Made by a program: the position numbers and the translations under genes | From: Candidatus Latescibacterota bacterium | GTDB lineage: Bacteria > Latescibacterota > UBA2968 > GCA-2709665 | Reading direction: 5' to 3' | Length of the DNA: 64,000 bases | Assembly: GCA_963667175.2 (NCBI GenBank) | Contig: CAXXXF010000015.1 | Span: 96,001 to 160,000 of the forward strand | Notes under the pieces: generated by a model | The model's input: only the letters and a program-made list of their open reading frames with translations | What the model was told of the DNA's origin: nothing | The model's database searches: none | In this document: piece by piece, positions 59,321 through 64,000 of the stretch | Position numbering within the stretch: the stretch's first letter is position 1 | Layout of the letters: every line of letters starts with the position of its first letter

Positions 59321-62200
59321 TCAGGGAGTCTGGTTTCTTTCCAGGAGCGGTTTCAGGAACTGTCCCGTGTACGACTGTGCTGCCTCGGCCACCGTCTCGG
59401 GCGGGCCCGCGGCAATCAGATGCCCTCCGTTGTGCCCGCCCTCGGGGCCGAGGTCGATCACGTGGTCGGCAGTCTTGATCACGTCCAGATGGTGCTCGAT
59501 GACCACAACCGTGTGACCGGCGTCGACCAGACCGTTGAGCGCGTCGAGCAGTTTCTGGACGTCGGCCAGGTGCAATCCCGTGGTCGGCTCGTCCAGAATG
59601 TAGAGATTGTGTCTGCCGCGTTTGATCTTGCCGAGTTCGCTGGCGAGTTTGACACGCTGCGCCTCCCCGCCGGAGAGGATGGTCGCCGGATGGCCGATTT
59701 TCAGGTAACCCAGCCCCAGGTTGTCGAGCACGCAAAGCTTGTGAGAAATGAGTCTGTTTCCGTCAAAAAACGCGACGCCTTCTTCGATGGACATGTCGAG
59801 GACGTCGGCAATGGTCCTGTCCCGGTAGGTAACCTCCAGCGTCTCGTCGTTGTATCGTGCGCCCTTGCAGGTGGGACACGGGACGGCAACGTCGGGCATA
59901 AAGGCGAAGCTGGTCTTGATCTCGCCTTCGCCCGAACATTCCTCGCAGCGGCCGCCCTTGACGTTGAAGCTGAACCGGGAGGCCGTGTAACCGCGTTCGA
60001 CGGCTTCACCGGTGGATGCGAAACACTTGCGGATGTTGTCGTAGAAGCCGATGTACGTCGCGGGGTTGGATCGAGGAGACCGGCCGATGGCGGACTGATC
60101 GATGTTGACCACGTCCGCCACGTGTTCATGGCCCGAGAGGTCGTCATGATCGCCGGAGAAGACGCGGCTGTCGTGAAACAGGTTGTAGAGTTTCTTGTAC
60201 AGGATTTCGTGAATGAGAGTACTCTTGCCCGAACCGGATGCGCCGGTGATGCAGGTAAAGACGCCCAGGGGAATCTCCACGTCAATGTTATTGAGATTGT
60301 TCGCGCGCGCGCCTCGAATGCGGATCGCGTGGGCGTTTTTCTCACGTCGACGGGCGGGAACGGCGATCGCTCTGGCGCCGCTCAGGTATTGCGCCGTTGG
60401 CGATCGCCTGCACTTGAGCACCTCGCCCACCGGGCCCGTTGCGACGACGCGCCCGCCATGCACTCCGGGTCCGGGACCCATTTCGATGATGTGATCGGCG
60501 GCGCGTATGGTCTCCTCGTCGTGTTCGACGACGATGACCGTGTTGCCGACGTCGCGAAGACGCCGCATGGTGCTGATCATCTTCTCGTTGTCTTTGGGGT
60601 GCAGACCGATGCTGGGCTCATCCAGAACGTACAACATTCCCATGAGCCCGGATCCGATCTGCGTTGAGAGGCGAATGCGCTGGGACTCGCCGCCGGAGAG
60701 CGTGCCGGTCGGACGGTTGAGGTTGAGATAGTCGAGGCCGATGCCGATCAGGAGTTCGAGGCGGACCGAGATTTCGTGGATGATCTGCGAGGCGACTTCC
60801 TTCCGTTTCGCCGGCAGGGTCAATTTCGTAAGAAAGGCCGAAAGTTCCGGCAGATGCATTTCGCCCAGGCTGTGGATGTTGTGACCGTCGATGGTGACCC
60901 GGAGACGCTGTTTCTTCAACCGCTCGCCGCCGCAGTCCGGACACAGATTCTCAACCATGACTTTGCGCAGATAGTCTTCCATGCCGCCGTGGGCCGTACC
61001 CTTTTGCCTGTATCGGCGGTACTGGCGTTCGATCTGGTTGATCACACCGTCGTAACGGAACTCGCGCCCGATGTATTTGGCGCCGACTTTGGCGTCCGGA
61101 GGCTGCTCGATGACGACCCGTTCGCCCCGCGTGCCGTACAGCAGCAAGTCCCGGACGTCGTCGGAAAGGTCCTTGTAGGGAGTATCCAGGTCGAAGTCGT
61201 ACTTCCTGGAAAGACTGTAAAGGATTCGGCCGCCCCACGTATTGACGTCGTACTTCAGCGCTTCCTTGACAAATGCCCCTTCACGCAGACTGCGGTCCTT
61301 GTCGGGGGCGACCAGGTCGGGGTGGGCCTTGAGATAGGTGCCCAGACCGGAACATGTGATGCAGGCCCCGGCGGGATCGTTGAACGTAAACATCCCATGG
61401 TGCATACGACCGGCGACCACGTGCGCGGACGAAGCCCCGAGTTTTCGGTGGAACGTCTCGGCCGCCGCCTCGCCGACGTCGGTGAGAACGCGAAAACTCA
61501 GGAACCCTTCCCCGATGACCTCGAGACCGTGCGTCAGCGACGTCACAATCTGTTTGTCGAGGCCCTCGCGGACGACAAAGCGATCCACGATCACCTCGAT
61601 CCGGTAATCTTCCTCTTCATCGAGGTCGATTTCCTCGCCCAGATCGTGTGTTCTTTCGTCGATGCGCACCCTGCGGTAGCCCTTGGTGCGAACGTCGTCG
61701 AACAGGTAGGCGTAATCTTCGCCATAGATCTTGAGCACCGGCGCCCGAACCTCAACTTCCACGCCGCCGGGCAGGGCCAGAAGGTGTTCCATCATCTGAT
61801 GAGGCGTCCAGACGCTGACTTCCTCCCCGGTGACGGGGCAGCGCGGCTGTCCGATACTTGCGAACAGCATTCGCAGATAGTCATAGAGGTCCGTCATCGT
61901 CCCCACGGTTGAGCGGGGATTCTTCATCACGGTCTTCTGTTCTATGGAGACGACCGGGGAAAGTCCGTTCACGAAGTCGACGTCGGGCTTCTTCAATTGG
62001 GAGACGAATCGCCGGGCGAAGGTGGAAAGCGATTCCATGAACCGCCGCTGACCTTCGGCATATACCGTGTCGAAAGCAAGGGAGGATTTCCCCGAACCAC
62101 TCACGCCGGTGACAACGACAAGCTTGTCGCGCGGGATTTCGAGGTGAATATTCCGCAGATTGTTCTCGCGGGCGCCTTTGACTTCAATCGTCGATCTCAT
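59321..62200 (-). CDS. uvrA: Excinuclease ABC subunit A
   Basis: [41 protein letters not shown], second ABC domain GASGSGKS / [11 protein letters not shown]. Confidence 0.95.
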   Translation of the reverse strand: MRSTIEVKGARENNLRNIHLEIPRDKLVVVTGVSGSGKSSLAFDTVYAEGQRRFMESLSTFARRFVSQLKKPDVDFVNGLSPVVSIEQKTVMKNPRSTVGTMTDLYDYLRMLFASIGQPRCPVTGEEVSVWTPHQMMEHLLALPGGVEVEVRAPVLKIYGEDYAYLFDDVRTKGYRRVRIDERTHDLGEEIDLDEEEDYRIEVIVDRFVVREGLDKQIVTSLTHGLEVIGEGFLSFRVLTDVGEAAAETFHRKLGASSAHVVAGRMHHGMFTFNDPAGACITCSGLGTYLKAHPDLVAPDKDRSLREGAFVKEALKYDVNTWGGRILYSLSRKYDFDLDTPYKDLSDDVRDLLLYGTRGERVVIEQPPDAKVGAKYIGREFRYDGVINQIERQYRRYRQKGTAHGGMEDYLRKVMVENLCPDCGGERLKKQRLRVTIDGHNIHSLGEMHLPELSAFLTKLTLPAKRKEVASQIIHEISVRLELLIGIGLDYLNLNRPTGTLSGGESQRIRLSTQIGSGLMGMLYVLDEPSIGLHPKDNEKMISTMRRLRDVGNTVIVVEHDEETIRAADHIIEMGPGPGVHGGRVVATGPVGEVLKCRRSPTAQYLSGARAIAVPARRREKNAHAIRIRGARANNLNNIDVEIPLGVFTCITGASGSGKSTLIHEILYKKLYNLFHDSRVFSGDHDDLSGHEHVADVVNIDQSAIGRSPRSNPATYIGFYDNIRKCFASTGEAVERGYTASRFSFNVKGGRCEECSGEGEIKTSFAFMPDVAVPCPTCKGARYNDETLEVTYRDRTIADVLDMSIEEGVAFFDGNRLISHKLCVLDNLGLGYLKIGHPATILSGGEAQRVKLASELGKIKRGRHNLYILDEPTTGLHLADVQKLLDALNGLVDAGHTVVVIEHHLDVIKTADHVIDLGPEGGHNGGHLIAAGPPETVAEAAQSYTGQFLKPLLERNQTP

Positions 62201-62295
62201 CGACAATCCCATCAGAAAAGCGAGGGAACGAAACTGCGAGAGAACGAGAAAACGAATATACGCCGCTCGTCTTCTCGTCTTCTCGTTTCCTCGCC

Positions 62296-63252
62296 CTACA
62301 GAAGTTCGACGCTGTCACCGTCATAATAGTAGGCTGGCTCTTCAACTTCAATCCGGCTCTTCTCGGTCAGGTGGATGGGACTCGACAGCTTCTGAATGAT
62401 CTCCTGCGTGACGAGCCATTCACAGGCCGCTTCGAGGCCGCCGCCCTGGATTTTCTTTTCGAAATAATCGCTGATTTCCGAGAGTTTGCGCACTTCAGAC
62501 GACTCCGAGAGATAGTCCAGCAGCGGGCGGAAGAGGTCCGGAGCCCATTGTTCGAGACTGCGGTTCACCAGATCAAGTACGCGTTTGACGGATTCCTGAG
62601 TCTTGGGCTGATTCACGAAATCCGTGTAGATGGCGTTGAATAACCGGGGGTTGTATTTGAGCGCCTGATGGACCACTTCCCGCCCGGGCGCTTCGTTGTG
62701 CAGGAGAACCTGGATCGAGGCAAGTTCGCGTACGACCTGCATGAGCCACCAGAAGCTGTACTCGAAGTCCTTTTTCAGGTAGAAGTACTTTTCCGCCTTG
62801 TAGAGCGACGGTATCAGAAAGGCTGAGTATCTCAACAGCTGAAATGCCCGGTCCCGCGTTCCGATGCGATCGATGGTATCGTACCATTTCGCCACGGAAT
62901 CGTCCTTCGTAAACAGAAGGGTGCTCTTCGAAAACGTAAAGTCCAGCCAACCGCCGCCCAGACCGCCTTCGATCCGGCGTTTGAAGACGTTGCGGGGAAC
63001 GCGTTGCGCATGGATGTTGACGTCGTCTTCGCAGAGCGTGACGTGTCCTTCTTTCACCCCATCCTGCATGATGATCCACAGATCGACGTCCGAATTCACC
63101 CAGACTTCATCGTAGGACAGACTGCCAAACAGAATCGCAGCGAGTACCGTCCGGTCGCTTTCGAGTTTTCCGACCAGAGATGACAGCGCGACCCGGTAGT
63201 GTTTCCGGATTTCGTCCGGCGTGGCAGGAGACATCGACAACTCCATCATCAC
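62296..63252 (-). CDS. Nucleotidyltransferase-domain protein
   Basis: ILFGSLSY....SDVDL polymerase-beta motif with a helical C-terminus. Confidence 0.75.
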   Translation of the reverse strand: MMMELSMSPATPDEIRKHYRVALSSLVGKLESDRTVLAAILFGSLSYDEVWVNSDVDLWIIMQDGVKEGHVTLCEDDVNIHAQRVPRNVFKRRIEGGLGGGWLDFTFSKSTLLFTKDDSVAKWYDTIDRIGTRDRAFQLLRYSAFLIPSLYKAEKYFYLKKDFEYSFWWLMQVVRELASIQVLLHNEAPGREVVHQALKYNPRLFNAIYTDFVNQPKTQESVKRVLDLVNRSLEQWAPDLFRPLLDYLSESSEVRKLSEISDYFEKKIQGGGLEAACEWLVTQEIIQKLSSPIHLTEKSRIEVEEPAYYYDGDSVELL

Positions 63253-63570
63253 TATTTATTAAATAAGAACGCAATGGAGCACATGATATATAATACAGGT
63301 TCAAATCAGGTGTCAAGGTCAATTCAATGAAAACGCACGCATCCGTCCCGGGAAGGAGAAACCGCTTGAAGACAAGGTGGCGGACAATCAACCGGAAAAT
63401 CATATTACTGTAACGTAGCAGCCCGTCGATAACGTCCATCCGGGGTGGTCCGACACCCTGCGGTAACTTCAATGAGATATCTTATCCACCAAAGAGCGGC
63501 GTGCAGTGACCGGTCCCGACAACCGGCAGACGCATCAAGCCGCTTCCCACCACGTCCGACGGAGGAACCG

Positions 63571-64000
63571 ATGTTTCATCGAATCCGGTCACGGGGTCCG
63601 ACTCTCGTCCTGTTAATCTGTCTGCTTGCGGCATCCGGCGCCGAATCATCGGCCGGCGATTTCAGGCTCACGATTCTGCACAACAATGACGGCGAATCCC
63701 AGTTGATAAACGCAGGCGAAGGGTTGGAGGACTTTGGCGGCGTGGACCGATTCAAGGCGCTTGCAGACCGGCTTAAGGCCGAAGCGCGGATGGACGGCGG
63801 CGTGATCATGGTCTCGTCGGGGGATAACTTTCTCGCCGGCCCGGAATTCTACGTCAGCCTCCGGCGCCCCGAACCCGCCCCCTTCTACGACGCCCTTGCG
63901 ATGGACCTGATCGGGTACGACGCCGTATGCATCGGCAACCACGACTTCGACTTCGGACCGGACGTCCTGGCCAGGTTCATTTCCGGGTACAGCCTCACCC
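63571..64000 (+). CDS. Metallophosphoesterase / 5'-nucleotidase (runs off right edge)
   Basis: Not in the ORF track. Signal peptide, then LTILHNNDGES, SSGDNF, GNHDFDFG. Confidence 0.9.
   Translation, partial: MFHRIRSRGPTLVLLICLLAASGAESSAGDFRLTILHNNDGESQLINAGEGLEDFGGVDRFKALADRLKAEARMDGGVIMVSSGDNFLAGPEFYVSLRRPEPAPFYDALAMDLIGYDAVCIGNHDFDFGPDVLARFISGYSLT

Overview
Bacterial window of roughly 60% GC in its core-like parts. About 1.4-42.6 kb is a decaying accessory/defence island. It holds an SNF2-helicase/DUF4391/mod/res Type III restriction-modification operon with cargo in its intergenic slots: a pentapeptide-FRG protein, a 1520-aa Avs2-like STAND ATPase and a DUF488 cassette. The island also has a TM-protein/TIR pair, a TIGR04255 three-gene operon, five toxin-antitoxin loci (three with the toxin broken or missing), a zinc-ribbon/HEPN-like protein, and IS3, IS256, IS21 and DUF772-type elements. 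From 42.9 kb the genes look mostly housekeeping (NhaC, HelD-like helicase, BNR protein, ankyrin protein, Uma2, ABC permease, VOC, GNAT, UvrA, nucleotidyltransferase, 5'-nucleotidase), plus one complete cargo-carrying IS1595. Three features are most unusual. (1) The 3' tail of mod occurs three times and brackets the Avs gene as a potentially excisable cassette. (2) A family of 19-36 bp CCTGCCTG...CAGGCAGG palindromes has inserted into genes without target duplication and nests inside itself. (3) TA/defence cassettes at 9.4-17.4 kb are separated by a shared composite palindromic repeat. No rRNA, tRNA, CRISPR array or integrase was recognised. All family calls come from motif recognition by eye, not database searches.
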